Origin: a virus
DNA: 64,000 nucleotides
IMG/VR virus record: IMGVR_UViG_3300009184_000041
Coordinates: 6,253 to 70,252 of that record
Strand: one strand, 5' to 3'
In this document: one piece after another, positions 23,401 to 30,577 of the stretch
Layout: the number at the start of each line of letters is the position of its first letter
Numbering within the stretch: the first letter of the stretch is position 1
Notes under the pieces: generated by a model
The model's input: the letters and a program-made list of their open reading frames with translations, nothing else
Told to the model about the DNA's origin: nothing
The model's database searches: none
Program-made: the position numbers and the translations under genes

Positions 23401-26400
23401 AATTATTTGTTGAGATTGGATTCTGTTGATCTGATTGAAACAGGGTCTGGCTATACTGAACCACCTGAGATTGAAATTATAGCCAACCCCAATGATCCTG
23501 CTCCATCAGTTGCTGCAGAGGCAGTTGCAGTGTTAAATGGTCAAGGACAAGTTGTTGGCGTAAATGTTACTGTCAATGGATCAGGATATAGATCAACTCC
23601 CACAATCACATTTGTTGGTGGGAACGGCACAGGTGCTGTGGCCTACCCAAGAATGACCAATGATGTTGTTCGACAGTTCCGTACAGTAATCAAGTATGAT
23701 AGATTCCAATATCAAACCACAATCCAGACCTGGAGCAGTGAAGGTACTTACGAAAACGGAACTTTGGTTCGCTATGACAATCGTGTATGGTCCGCACTCA
23801 ATGCTGACGGAAGTTCAGCAGTGGTGGGCCCAACGTTTGATTTAGAAAACTGGCAATTGGTCAATGCAGCCACCTACACCTATCCTGGCAGCACACAAGC
23901 AACTGGTTTAACCGGCGTAGACCGTACCATGGGCCTGTATGTGCCTGGCGCCAATGAGTACGGACTAGAACTACCGCTGTTGGTAGATGGTGTTGACTAT
24001 CCTGGTGTGCAAGTTTGGGGCGATTACTTCACAGGCACACAAACACTGGATGCCAACTATCAAAGCGAGTTTGCTGACATATATCTTGGAGAGCGTTTCT
24101 CAGATATCAATGTTGATGGTGGTGAGTTTATCGGGCCTTACGAAGGTCATGCGCCAGAAGAATTGGTCAATGGATCAGAGTATGATACAATGGATATGCG
24201 TATATACACTCGGCCAGGTTCTGACTGGCAGAACGACGGCCACGGATTCCAAATTGGCACAATTCGTTACACTTTTGAACCAGGCATTACATTTGATTAC
24301 AGTTGGGCAGGAGTTGTTGACCATCCATTCAATTTGATCGTGTCTAACTTGACCACGGGCCGTGTGCTTGTTCCAGAAATTGATTATAGTATAAATTGGG
24401 TCAATCAATCAGTAACAGTGATTAATAATGTCGATGCTTTTGATATTATCAGCATTGATGTGTATGAAATTGGTGGCGGTAGCCAACTGTTTAGAGAAAA
24501 CTACTCTGGTGCCGAAGTCATAGCAGACAACAACGTTATAATTTTACCAGTAAGATATGCCGAAATAGTTGAGGCATACGTGTTCATCAACGGCCAACAA
24601 GTGGCATTGCCAGAGTTGCAACCATATACCACTAGTCAAGTTTGGAATCAAAACAACACATATCAATCCATTGATATTGTGTTCAACAACAATGAAATCA
24701 CAGTGACCAGCAGCACAGCAGTATACAATGTGTTGACCTGTAACAACACCAGTGCATTAACAGTGGGACAACCTATTGTATTTTCTGGCACAGTGTTTGG
24801 GGGAATAGTGTCTGGACAAAAATACTATGTGCAAAGCATAGTCAATAGCACACAGTTTTATATTACTACCATTGCAGGTAGTGATACTCCATTGACCCTG
24901 ACCACAAATTCAGGCACAATGACTGGTACTCCTGAAGGCAGTTACTACAGAGCCATTCAAACCGTTCCTGCTGGCATTGTATTAACCAACACTAACTATT
25001 GGTTACCTTTTGTACCATCCGTTCAGACCAAATTGACAATCACCGCAACGGTCAGTGCCACTGATGGTATAGCAATTGTGGTGCTCGGCAATGCTACAAG
25101 TGTTGCAGTGTCGGACACTCTGGCACAAGGCAATGCTATTGTATTGTTGGGATCTACTGCTTTGTTGAGTGTGGGACAAACTGTAACATTTTCGGGATAC
25201 AGCCTAGGCGGTGTGTTGACCGAGACTAATTACAAAATCTTAACCATTGTTGATGACTCAATGAGTGCCATTACCATAACAGAAGATGGCACCACAGAAG
25301 TTGCATTGATTGACGATCAAGCCAGTTGGATAGGAGAACTGTCTGCAAAATTTGTTCCAGTAAATTATCAAAGTTGGAGCACGCCGGTGATTGAAACATT
25401 TGTTGTCAATCAAGAAGTGATTGACAACAGTGCAATCACATTGTCTCAAACTCCAATTGCTACCAATCCTGCCAATATGATTGTGATGATCAATGGAAAT
25501 AGAATATTAGGTCCAAGTGGCATAGAATGGATTGGTGACGGTACTACTTCTAGCTTTGGGTTGCCACAGCGTTTTGGTAGTAGTTTTTCGCAGGCTTCAA
25601 TCGATGCAACCAACGATATTCAGGTATGGGTTGATGGTATACTACAAAAACAATCATTTGGTGCAGAGATTGGCACTTACAGTGTCACAAACTACGATGG
25701 CAGCAATACCCCAGGTCGTCAGGTAATATTTGACACTGTGCCTGCCAGTGGTGCAGTAATCCTAATTTCTGTAAGCACGTTGGCACAGTGCGAGTTTGCT
25801 TATGATCCCTCAGCACCTGCGTTTACTTCATTGTTGCAAATCTCATCTACTTTAAACTTGGATGATGTTATTGAAGTTGTTACTTGGAATGATACCAGCC
25901 AACAAAATGCATTGACACTGACATTTGCTGGCCCAGTACAAACAGGTATAACAATTTATCAAGCATACGACGAAACTGATTACGACAGTCCAACGCTGAA
26001 TGATCCAACACAACCATTGCCTGGCGAGTTTGCTTTTGAAGTAGGAACATCGAGCCCAACTAACGATTTTGATTTGTTACGCAACAACATTGATGCTAGT
26101 AGATTATGGGTAACGCTGGATGGCGCAAGACTGTTTGAAGGCAGCGATTATACCATTCAAGGACAATATCTAATACTGGCCCAGGGAGCCATTGATACTA
26201 ATCAAATATTGATTGTGACTGAATTCACTAATTCAGTAGTGCCCGAATCGTTGGCGTTCCGCATATTCCAAGACATGCGTGGTGTGCAAGCCACTTACCG
26301 AATGACTGCAAGCACTACCACAGTGTTGACACAATCACTTAGTGCAACAGCTGATATAATTTATGTAGAAAATGCAACAAGGCTTACCGAACCTGATTTA

Positions 26401-26967
26401 CCTGCTGGAGTATTTGGAATTATAACAATTGATGGTGAGCGTATCATGTATCGTTATAGAGATTTGGTAACAAACACAATATCTGGTTTACAACGCGGCA
26501 CCGCCGGTACCGCAGCGGCCAGTCATAATATAGGCGCAATAGTATATGACATTGGTCGTGGTAATTTGTTGAATATAAATTATCAAGATTACGTGGTAAA
26601 AGACTCTGGCATGGGCGATGGCACCACGGCAGTGTTCTACGCACCCAATATTGATATTGCGGATTTTGGTGATTCTAGTACAGTGTATGTGGAAAGCATT
26701 GAAGTTTATGTTGGCGGAGTTCGCCAATACAACTATAGTGATACCACAGCTGATAGTCAATATCGTTGGATTGTGTCATTGTTTGAACCTTTGGCCGTTG
26801 AATTCATAGTAGACGATACATATCCTGCTCCGGCAGCCGGCAGTGCAGTGACTATCTTGCAACGCCGGGGCAAGACCTGGTACGAGCCAGGCATTGGCAC
26901 CCCCAGTGACGGTATAGCACTGCAAGAAACCAACACTGTGGCCGCAAGGTTTTTGTGTGACAGATAA
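11458..26967 (+). CDS. Giant (5169 aa) mosaic baseplate/virion protein with FG-GAP propeller repeats, CBM5/12-like and cupredoxin-like modules
   Basis: Uninterrupted 15.5-kb ORF coupled (TAATG) to gp6. N-terminal 'FLPEIFRT..NKQFL' and 'YIQEVKPYH' are wedge (gp7-like) signatures. Seven (F/Y)G-x-(S/D)-V...GAP repeats and several W-x5-Y-x2-G-x2-V modules. Confidence 0.75.
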   Translation: MARTRSVDFLPEIFRTPVNKQFLAATLDQMVQEPKFKKTQGFIGRTVGPGVNPNDKYVVEPSEVRQEYQLEPGVVSLVPDTKTIKNVITYPGMNDAIGFQGGNENRADQLYNSEYYTWDPFVDYDSFINFSQYFWLPSGPETVDVAALGVPTNDNFVVNRENGVYTFSGLAGDNPIIDLVRGGSYTFQVAQNAKETVNYRVTNNGITSYQIDFQPNPTLTLTRGNTYVFNITLNGVYPFWIKTALSLGTADAYNSGVLRNGSSFGLVTFTVPQDAPDTLYYVSENQTNLRGTINVVDGTPGTGPGFWIQTSPGVAGVVPTTPNISNRDVYGVANNGEDLGVVSFNVPQKTAQQFYYDLPDVGPIDLLTELKFDQINNQPLEQFIATYGGIDGTTYLDTRTLVFTNPIADDTDGGWLITSFYDPLPRLDSQNGQVGSYDTVNYDQTDVVPIADRYQVWQISIVNRNGVDYISLSKIADVGLNQKFTISYGNTYSNTSWYKNSTGYFQRIPLLTAVFNELYYQDGTDPAIFGRIRLLDQTETSTLFIDQIVGQKNYTSPNGVTFTNGLKVRFTGDVLPVNYGSGTTTFTCTATQAGSNYITCSSTAGLYEGEEIVFSGTTAGGIVAGVTYYIKTISANGIQFSIATVADGATFELSTATVVGFTAVAFANNEFYVAGVGTAIELLPVRNFITPETYVVDAKDSTIASEPGEVDYLTIDRASKDLNAWTRSNRWFHVDVIQASAAYNNTVTTLDNNYRAKRPIINFRPNIRLYNFGTQGKDPVDIIDFSATDAFSNIEGSTGYSVDGYTFVDGTRVIFAADADPDVRNKIYVVQFITPDSVAPLIAQPIINLVVASDGVVLVDQTTVCLNGTTQKGLSFWYDGVEWTEAQQKTGVQQAPLFDVYDLSGISFGNRAKYPSSTFTGSKLFSYAVGDTGILDPILQFPLQYLNINNVGDIVFENNLYKDTFLYVEDNVSITSDISSGVAREYVDRTVFDKLIGWQTAAATSQQYQQFKFTYTGQSLKLDVAVGTTTVLPPIKIYVSSEFIQPSKYSYIVSTDSTSITLTDTYLPTDVIEVLVLSDQTSATAFYQVPINLQNNPLNNNSPSFTLGTIRTQYETICENLSSKLVGPINGANNTRDLSNIVPYGATILQQSAPMTLAGYFLRSEAYNIFSSLQFNSQEYLKFKGQLLNAATQQVVQNQTAGEVLDTALADITLGRVESQPFYWSDMIPAGSVYQQTSYTVSNTTSTVFDTIQVYNYTSANYFGMNVYLNGVILLRDRDYIVATDGPRITVLVDLVLGDQLLLKEYNATYGSFVPNTPSKLGLYPAYRPEIEVQKTSNGTQTVIIGHDGSVTKTFGDIRDSVLLEFETRIFNNLKLDGNPVPLSVTDVLPGQFRTTGYSINDINNILATDFLSYVAWNKLDYRTQNYSVANEFSWNYSSSQSKLDNATLPGAWRGIYRYYYDTQQPELTPWEMLGFTIRPDWWIDNYGPGPYTQDNLVLWDDLEAGYVADPVAPYYLPKYARPGLTTVIPTGTEGELISPFDSVVGNYNENTFRKSWAVGDGGPVEASWWNSSAYPFAVMRLLALTRPAKFFALFADRDLYKFDTDLNQYLYNNRYRLNAKDLVIYGNGISKASYIDWIVDYNRQSGLDSTADLTADLGALDVRLCYRMASFSDKQYIKIYTEKSSPNSTNTTFLIPDESYDLLLYKNQPFDRASYSSVVVQKVAGGYAVFGYSTTQPYFNVIQSQYTGQLQTYSAGGATVRVPTFYTNTITQIPYGYIFADETSVSDFLLSYGKYLERQGLTFEDVVNGYILTWGQMVNEFLYWSQQGWDEQALINLNPLAFKLSISRDQAVVDSIQAQTADNILLDQNKKELPTRNLIITRIDNTFTCEPATDQTLSYIDLKYTSYEHMIVLNNASVFGDLIYQPTTGARQSRLNLVAVTSTEWNGNVDAQGFILNQNNIEEWNSYSTYTKGQIVKYKGAYWSAASIIQPTMVFNANDWLVSDYTQIELGLLPNLANKANQLQNSYNINTANLESDNDLLSYGLIGFRPRQYMTSLNLDDVSQLNVYRQFLGSKGTILSAELFAQANLGKESADYSIYENWAVQRAVYGANANRSFFQLRLNRALLDSNPSLVQIINPQETSQADQTILVSDIWRESYNITSPDILPTTTTLPTDTALPSAGYVNLDDVDITVFDIDNSDSLAANIDSIGVGTNIWVAKTNAYDWAIYRSQAVPGVIAHVCDNLDGTSLVIFTKQHGLAVDNKLIIRFFDAEVNGVYTVLSVVDLNTVTIAFSFVGDRTVVNGTGLGFTLETQRVAQASDVLNLPYANTIAPGAKVWVDDNGAGLWTVLQKQEVFTELLGLSPSEVDEGEQYGSAVAQAQNRFAALVGSPRYRFPVGATKWNIANEYVEDAIVYVPDPYQTEFYIANVGGTPAPVPQGISIYNTAYWTPYSLNTLPKRGGMYVYVKSDSNVYAPISPLAPLDSVLSLAVTDKSGGLYDGESAARGYGTSVDFGNQSWAAAGAPGSLGANGMPNNGYAVVIYKDPQLSAPGNIPYGQWQLLTSPNSITAPEEFGQNVAVSLDERWLYVGAPGANAVYAYGRVDWERQRLQTLGDGATTSYFIGDTIKIDANTQLTVSVAGDEQVLGTNYTVVNSFTAVVFATAPAAGDAIEIIRTSRKLLDYQVYYGVAGTGGSGSNATFVVTRVRGTVTVSIENGGTAYTTGNTITIPAASFGGGSSPANNITFTITANSGVIVAINGTPSYTPPPLTVSFSLNEYFYTVDNLYSFSVLVDDVLQRPEIDYIFSGDSTLGNDLTFLNSPAAGSTILVRAEGYFQYAGTISNAGSVAGDDFGYSVSTSTDGRQVLIGAPNNTVNGDVEAGTVYVYDRDVQRFIYGTDASSVTFTVLGSVSAPVSVLVNNTFLVNEQAAAPNQTNTFAVSGNTITILADLQVGDIIEIETNRFSLVQEIAQDTVAEFSNYGYDTDLCSYNCSLYVGAPNSSVQQFKAGAVERSVNQSRAFGITTNTVANAVLTSGNTLRVNNQDVAVPGSWNNSTVYATNTVVYNTDNSVTTIYLSLQSVPAGTALTNTSYWKTITTTTITASAQVRSLAAQINAEVPNVQATVDATGYLTIAVKNSAAAPVGNKLNVAPGSVGTAFADLVFETFVFTQTIVSPYPVDFAGFGTSVSIDDSAVNLVVGSPRGTLYLITVWDLNTTVWDEGATDFFDQVLQSGAVYTYDLLSSSSSSVANPDKFVFGQQIDNPDIQSYDQYGAAVDYTDGVLFTGAPGNELEDSTMLANYGRVFVSSNDARTPAWTVLREERPVVDIRLLNSVYSYDRITSATTQYYDFFDPLQGKILGAARQNLDYIGAVDPASYNVGPVGIRGTTWGQDRVGETWWDTSTVRFIDPNQDDIVYASRRWGQTFPGSSVDVYQWIVSPNTPSNYVGEGIPLNTVSYVVNTVLSKNGVFTTEYYFWVRGITTTATQKGKTLPVSTVANYIENPRGSGIAYLAPINSSTIALYNAGDFIEAEDTIISIEFDKELTNDNVHVEYELIAQDREDSFISSNLYRKMQDSFCGVDTQGNLVPDINLGVAERYGVQFRPRQSMFVDRFAALKNYLTRVNSVLSLYAISESRQFNLLNSSEPEPSAGSGEWNKRVANLEILGFQNINIVPLGYKYLVVSDSSNRGLWTIYQVEQRVTIAGTVRVLQLTRVQNYDTAQYWSYINWYLPGYNSSSKIIAEVSSVSALNTLDVTVGSSVKVTANSQGKFEIYLRTDTGFDRVGLQDGTIEFSAELWDYAIGRFGFDVEVFDAQYYDQEPVIETRKIIQAINEELFIDDLQIERNRSLTSMFNFVLSEFAAPEWLIKTSLIDVEHRIRSLTPFQNYSRDNQEFVLDYIQEVKPYHVQIREFNLRYNGFDQWFGDMTDFDVPAYYNTSLQVPQFTSPILLPYDHGTAFNSETNVLSDLPSNSTVWSSWPYSQWFGNYLLRLDSVDLIETGSGYTEPPEIEIIANPNDPAPSVAAEAVAVLNGQGQVVGVNVTVNGSGYRSTPTITFVGGNGTGAVAYPRMTNDVVRQFRTVIKYDRFQYQTTIQTWSSEGTYENGTLVRYDNRVWSALNADGSSAVVGPTFDLENWQLVNAATYTYPGSTQATGLTGVDRTMGLYVPGANEYGLELPLLVDGVDYPGVQVWGDYFTGTQTLDANYQSEFADIYLGERFSDINVDGGEFIGPYEGHAPEELVNGSEYDTMDMRIYTRPGSDWQNDGHGFQIGTIRYTFEPGITFDYSWAGVVDHPFNLIVSNLTTGRVLVPEIDYSINWVNQSVTVINNVDAFDIISIDVYEIGGGSQLFRENYSGAEVIADNNVIILPVRYAEIVEAYVFINGQQVALPELQPYTTSQVWNQNNTYQSIDIVFNNNEITVTSSTAVYNVLTCNNTSALTVGQPIVFSGTVFGGIVSGQKYYVQSIVNSTQFYITTIAGSDTPLTLTTNSGTMTGTPEGSYYRAIQTVPAGIVLTNTNYWLPFVPSVQTKLTITATVSATDGIAIVVLGNATSVAVSDTLAQGNAIVLLGSTALLSVGQTVTFSGYSLGGVLTETNYKILTIVDDSMSAITITEDGTTEVALIDDQASWIGELSAKFVPVNYQSWSTPVIETFVVNQEVIDNSAITLSQTPIATNPANMIVMINGNRILGPSGIEWIGDGTTSSFGLPQRFGSSFSQASIDATNDIQVWVDGILQKQSFGAEIGTYSVTNYDGSNTPGRQVIFDTVPASGAVILISVSTLAQCEFAYDPSAPAFTSLLQISSTLNLDDVIEVVTWNDTSQQNALTLTFAGPVQTGITIYQAYDETDYDSPTLNDPTQPLPGEFAFEVGTSSPTNDFDLLRNNIDASRLWVTLDGARLFEGSDYTIQGQYLILAQGAIDTNQILIVTEFTNSVVPESLAFRIFQDMRGVQATYRMTASTTTVLTQSLSATADIIYVENATRLTEPDLPAGVFGIITIDGERIMYRYRDLVTNTISGLQRGTAGTAAASHNIGAIVYDIGRGNLLNINYQDYVVKDSGMGDGTTAVFYAPNIDIADFGDSSTVYVESIEVYVGGVRQYNYSDTTADSQYRWIVSLFEPLAVEFIVDDTYPAPAAGSAVTILQRRGKTWYEPGIGTPSDGIALQETNTVAARFLCDR

Positions 26968-26971
26968 CACG

Positions 26972-26979
26972 GATAAATA
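26972..26979 (+). promoter_or_regulatory. Late promoter variant GATAAATA followed by SD-like AAGGA
   Basis: ggataaataaaggaccATG directly after the giant gene's stop codon. Confidence 0.55.
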
Positions 26980-26986
26980 AAGGACC

Positions 26987-27136
26987 ATGGCAAATACATC
27001 ACAAGATCAGAACAAACCACAGACTCAACCATCTGCCCCACGTCGTCCTAACGAAACAGGCAGCATAAGTGTTCAGGCTCACATGCGCATTTTTGATCCA
27101 AAAACTCAAAAAACTTACGTGGAGGGACGAGCATGA
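26987..27136 (+). CDS. Small 49-aa protein missing from the ORF track (MANTSQDQNKPQ...SVQAHMRIFDPKTQKTYVEGRA)
   Basis: AGGA SD before the ATG, late promoter upstream, ATGA overlap with the next gene; fills the gap exactly. Confidence 0.75.
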   Translation: MANTSQDQNKPQTQPSAPRRPNETGSISVQAHMRIFDPKTQKTYVEGRA

Positions 27137-27741
27137 TTATTCAGCCCGGACTGTGCAAAATTGAAGGATTTGTAAAGATACACGATCCCAATACTGGTGA
27201 AGTGCTGGTGGACAAAAAGAACGCTATTCACTACGAAAATATCAGTTTGGCCATGGCTCAAACTTTAAGTGATCGCAACACCGGGTACATTTATCAAATG
27301 GCATTTGGCAACGGCGGCAGCTCAGTAGACCCCACTGGTGTTATCACATATTTGCCCCCAAATACCACAGGTCAAAATGCTGACTTGTACAACGAAACTT
27401 ATGCCAAGGTAGTTGACGACAACTCAGCAGCTGACACAGACCCTGAAAATAACAAAATGACTCCGTTGCACACCAGCGGTAATGTTTACAGTGACATTCT
27501 TGTGACATGTTTGTTGGACTACGGCGAACCGCCAGAACAACAAGCATTTGATAATTCAACCAATTTCAGTGGTGAATTTGTGTTTGACGAACTTGGATTA
27601 AAAACATGGAATGGGTCAGTAGATAATTTACGCTTGATTACACACGTGATTTTCCATCCTGTACAAAAGAGTTTGAATCGTCAGATTCAAATTGATTACA
27701 CCCTGCGTATACAGACGCTGAGTAACATAAATGCTGTATAA
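27133..27741 (+). CDS. Putative virion structural protein (baseplate/fibre attachment)
   Basis: 202 aa; MAFGNGG...FDELGL...LITHVIFHPVQKSLNRQIQIDYTLRI resembles phage tail/baseplate proteins; lies in the structural cluster. Confidence 0.55.
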   Translation: MIIQPGLCKIEGFVKIHDPNTGEVLVDKKNAIHYENISLAMAQTLSDRNTGYIYQMAFGNGGSSVDPTGVITYLPPNTTGQNADLYNETYAKVVDDNSAADTDPENNKMTPLHTSGNVYSDILVTCLLDYGEPPEQQAFDNSTNFSGEFVFDELGLKTWNGSVDNLRLITHVIFHPVQKSLNRQIQIDYTLRIQTLSNINAV

Positions 27742-27744
27742 ATA
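27737..27744 (+). promoter_or_regulatory. T4-type late promoter TATAAATA
   Basis: Exact match overlapping the upstream stop codon; followed by AGGAA SD and the tail-fibre ATG. Confidence 0.75.
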
Positions 27745-27765
27745 TAGCAACTAGGAACCTTTGAC

Positions 27766-29553
27766 ATGGCATATACAATCAATCTAACAGACGGCACAGT
27801 TTTTGCTACCATCAGTGATGGTACCATTAATACATCAAGTTCGATGATCTTGGTGGGCAAAAACTATGCTGGATACGGTGAATTTTTGGACGAAAACTTT
27901 ATCCACCTGTTGGAAAATGGTTCAAATACCACTGCACCAGCATCGCCCTTGACAGGACAACTTTGGTGGGACAAAACCAATAACTTGCTAAAAGTTTACA
28001 ACGGTTCTATTTTCAAAACAATTTCGGCTGCCACGGCTTCCGCTAGTCAGCCCGCCAGCAATGTAACAGGTGACTTGTGGTATGATACCACAAATCAACA
28101 ATTGAAAGTTTATACTGGCGCGGCATTCTTGGTTGTGGGTCCAGGATATTCCAGCGCACAAGGCACATCAGGTGCCATTCCTGAAACCATCTTAAATTCA
28201 GTTGGTGCTACACGATACATTACCAGTTTGTATGTGAACAACGTGCGTGTGGCCATAGTCTATGATGGTGCAAGTTTTACCCCCGAGGCAGCATTAGTTG
28301 TGGCATTCCCAACCATCTATCCCGGTGTAACATTGAGTGCAAGTGTATCTGGCGCAGTATTTGCTGGATCAGCTACTAACGCACAGTTGCTGGACAGTTT
28401 GGACAGTAGTCAATTCATGCGTACTGACACAAACACTTCTACCACTGGTATTTTGCGTGTGCAAAACAACACTGGATTATTTGTTGGTGCTGCCAACGTA
28501 TTCAACGTCAATACCACTGCTACAGACGCCAACATCAAGAGCAATATTTCTGGTGGTAATTTGATCATTCAAGCCAATGTGTCAGGCACAACATACAATG
28601 TAGCAACTGCATTAGGTGCCAGCGGGACATTTGCAATTGCCAACGCTGGTACTGTAGGAACAACACTGACAGTGACTGGCAACAGTTCAGGTGGCAACTT
28701 GACCACAGCAGGACAAGTAAGTGCAATTGGCAATGTCACTGGTGGCAATATTATCACTGCGGCCTTGATACAAGGCGCCACAGTCAGTGCCACAGCCAAC
28801 GTTCAAGCTGGTAACTTACGCACCGCAGGACAAGTGAGTGCTACAGGTAATATCACATCAGCAGCCAACATTGCAGGTACTTATTTCTTGGGCAACGGCT
28901 CACAACTCACAGGATTGAGTTTGGGTGTTAGTGTTACTAAATTTGAAAATGGTACAACAGAAGGCAATGTTGGTGCACCAAACGGCAACATTGCATTTAC
29001 TGTGGCCGGAACTGCCAACGTGCTGGTACTTACAACCGGTACTGCATACTTTGCCGGCAACGTCAGCACAATTGGTATTGAGAAAACTGGAACCAACGCA
29101 ATTGGTAATATTGGCTCCAGTAGCAATTACTTCAACCGTGTGTTTGCCACTGCTACCACAGCACTTTACGCTGACGTTGCAGAACGCTTTGCAGCCGACG
29201 AACTGTTGGAACCTGGTACAGTGGTTGAATTGGGCGGCACAAAAGAAATCACTCGTTCAACACAAGATTTAAGCGAAAATGTATTTGGTGTTATAAGTAC
29301 AAGACCAGCCTACACCATGAACGGCGGAGCCGGCGAAGATGACACTCATCCAGCAGTTGCAATGACCGGACGAGTTCCTGTAAAATGTGTGGGCACAGTA
29401 CGCAAAGGTGATCGACTTGTGAGTGCTGGCGAAGGTGTTGCAAGAGCAGCCCTGCCAGGAGAAGCCACAGCATTCAATGTGATTGGTCGCTCATTGGAAA
29501 ACAAACATACCCCAGAACTAGGAACAATCGAAGCGATTGTAACGATCAAATAA
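27766..29553 (+). CDS. Tail fibre with a C-terminal autoproteolytic intramolecular chaperone (peptidase G2/IMC-like)
   Basis: N-terminal LVGKNYAGYGEFLDENFIHLLEN and GQLWWD/GDLWYD repeats. C-terminal YADVAERF...GTVVELGG...GVISTRPAYTMN...VAMTGRVPVK...KGDRLVS. Confidence 0.75.
   Translation: MAYTINLTDGTVFATISDGTINTSSSMILVGKNYAGYGEFLDENFIHLLENGSNTTAPASPLTGQLWWDKTNNLLKVYNGSIFKTISAATASASQPASNVTGDLWYDTTNQQLKVYTGAAFLVVGPGYSSAQGTSGAIPETILNSVGATRYITSLYVNNVRVAIVYDGASFTPEAALVVAFPTIYPGVTLSASVSGAVFAGSATNAQLLDSLDSSQFMRTDTNTSTTGILRVQNNTGLFVGAANVFNVNTTATDANIKSNISGGNLIIQANVSGTTYNVATALGASGTFAIANAGTVGTTLTVTGNSSGGNLTTAGQVSAIGNVTGGNIITAALIQGATVSATANVQAGNLRTAGQVSATGNITSAANIAGTYFLGNGSQLTGLSLGVSVTKFENGTTEGNVGAPNGNIAFTVAGTANVLVLTTGTAYFAGNVSTIGIEKTGTNAIGNIGSSSNYFNRVFATATTALYADVAERFAADELLEPGTVVELGGTKEITRSTQDLSENVFGVISTRPAYTMNGGAGEDDTHPAVAMTGRVPVKCVGTVRKGDRLVSAGEGVARAALPGEATAFNVIGRSLENKHTPELGTIEAIVTIK
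28678..28880 (+). repeat. Protein-level ~17-aa repeats (GNxxGGNLxTAGQVSAT) in the fibre shaft
   Basis: GNSSGGNLTTAGQVSAI / GNVTGGNIITAALIQGATVSAT / ANVQAGNLRTAGQVSAT / GNITSAANIAGT. Confidence 0.7.
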
Positions 29554-29566
29554 TTAGGAACGAGAT

Positions 29567-30523
29567 ATGACATATTCAAGTGGCGGCTTAATTCAAGCAG
29601 CAGATTACAATGGTTTTGTAAGTACCAACGTGGGTGCCAATCTCAATGCAACGCTGAACACCGCATACGGACAAACTGCAATAGCTACTGTGGCTGCGGC
29701 AGGAACTGTCACTGCCACTCAGTGGGCCAGTTTGGTCAACAGCACTGCCAGCATGGGCGCACATACAAATACCACAATCACTGCAAGAACAGCACCCACC
29801 ACTGGCGCTACCATCAACGTGTTGGCCGCTGTCAACACTGATTTGACCAACATCTATAACAATCGCTACAATGCTTTTGCAGTGGGAACTCAATACACTG
29901 CCTGGACTGGTACAAATAGCAAAACCGCAGCCACATCAGGTGCAAACTGGGCCATTACATTTACCAACACAGTGACATTTGCATCATCTGCTGCCGCCCA
30001 GTATTTTTTCAATGCTGGCGGACTTATCAAAATTGATGTGGCAAAGAGTTCAACTGGTGCCACAGGTGACCCAGAATGGAATGATTTGGCCACCACCTTG
30101 TGCGGTGACATTTGGATTTCTGGACTGGCCACTGCACATACCATAGCTAGTGTTTCATACACAGGTACAACCAAAGTGGGCGGCACAGGTTTACCGACCA
30201 CACTGAGCACCGGCACTGGTTGGGACGCTCTTGTAGCCGGCGCCGCTGCTACCATTGTTTACAAACAGTTTGCTGATACTGCTCCTTACACCAGTAATTT
30301 TATTCAACATAGCATTGCCAAAAATGCAGGATCAACTACATTGACCATTACTACATTGTGGCAAGCAGCCGACGCTGAAAGTGACCCAATCACAGGCGGC
30401 ACAGCAGCCTCGGGTGCCACACCCGGCACAGCACCTTGCACCATTGTAACATACTACCCACCAGAAACCACTAATCTCTCCAACACCTGGGGCACTCCCA
30501 CTGTGGTTGCCACAACAGTCTAA
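29567..30523 (+). CDS. Thr/Ala-rich virion structural (fibre-like) protein
   Basis: 318 aa; MTYSSGGLIQAADYN...YGQ...VTATQW...FFNAGG; AGGAA SD; last gene before the terminator. Confidence 0.6.
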   Translation: MTYSSGGLIQAADYNGFVSTNVGANLNATLNTAYGQTAIATVAAAGTVTATQWASLVNSTASMGAHTNTTITARTAPTTGATINVLAAVNTDLTNIYNNRYNAFAVGTQYTAWTGTNSKTAATSGANWAITFTNTVTFASSAAAQYFFNAGGLIKIDVAKSSTGATGDPEWNDLATTLCGDIWISGLATAHTIASVSYTGTTKVGGTGLPTTLSTGTGWDALVAGAAATIVYKQFADTAPYTSNFIQHSIAKNAGSTTLTITTLWQAADAESDPITGGTAASGATPGTAPCTIVTYYPPETTNLSNTWGTPTVVATTV

Positions 30524-30528
30524 CCAAA

Positions 30529-30555
30529 AGGGGCCACAGCCCCTAGACTTTTCTT
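30529..30555 (+). terminator. Intrinsic terminator-like hairpin ending the structural operon
   Basis: Stem-loop AGGGGC-CACA-GCCCCT, preceded by an A-run and followed by agacTTTTcTTc. Confidence 0.6.
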
Positions 30556-30572
30556 CACTTTCTCTGTATAAT
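30544..30572 (+). promoter_or_regulatory. Sigma70-type promoter, TAGACT-17 bp-TATAAT
   Basis: -35 at 30544-30549, -10 at 30567-30572; ATG follows 5 nt later (30578). Confidence 0.7.
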
Positions 30573-30577
30573 GCATT

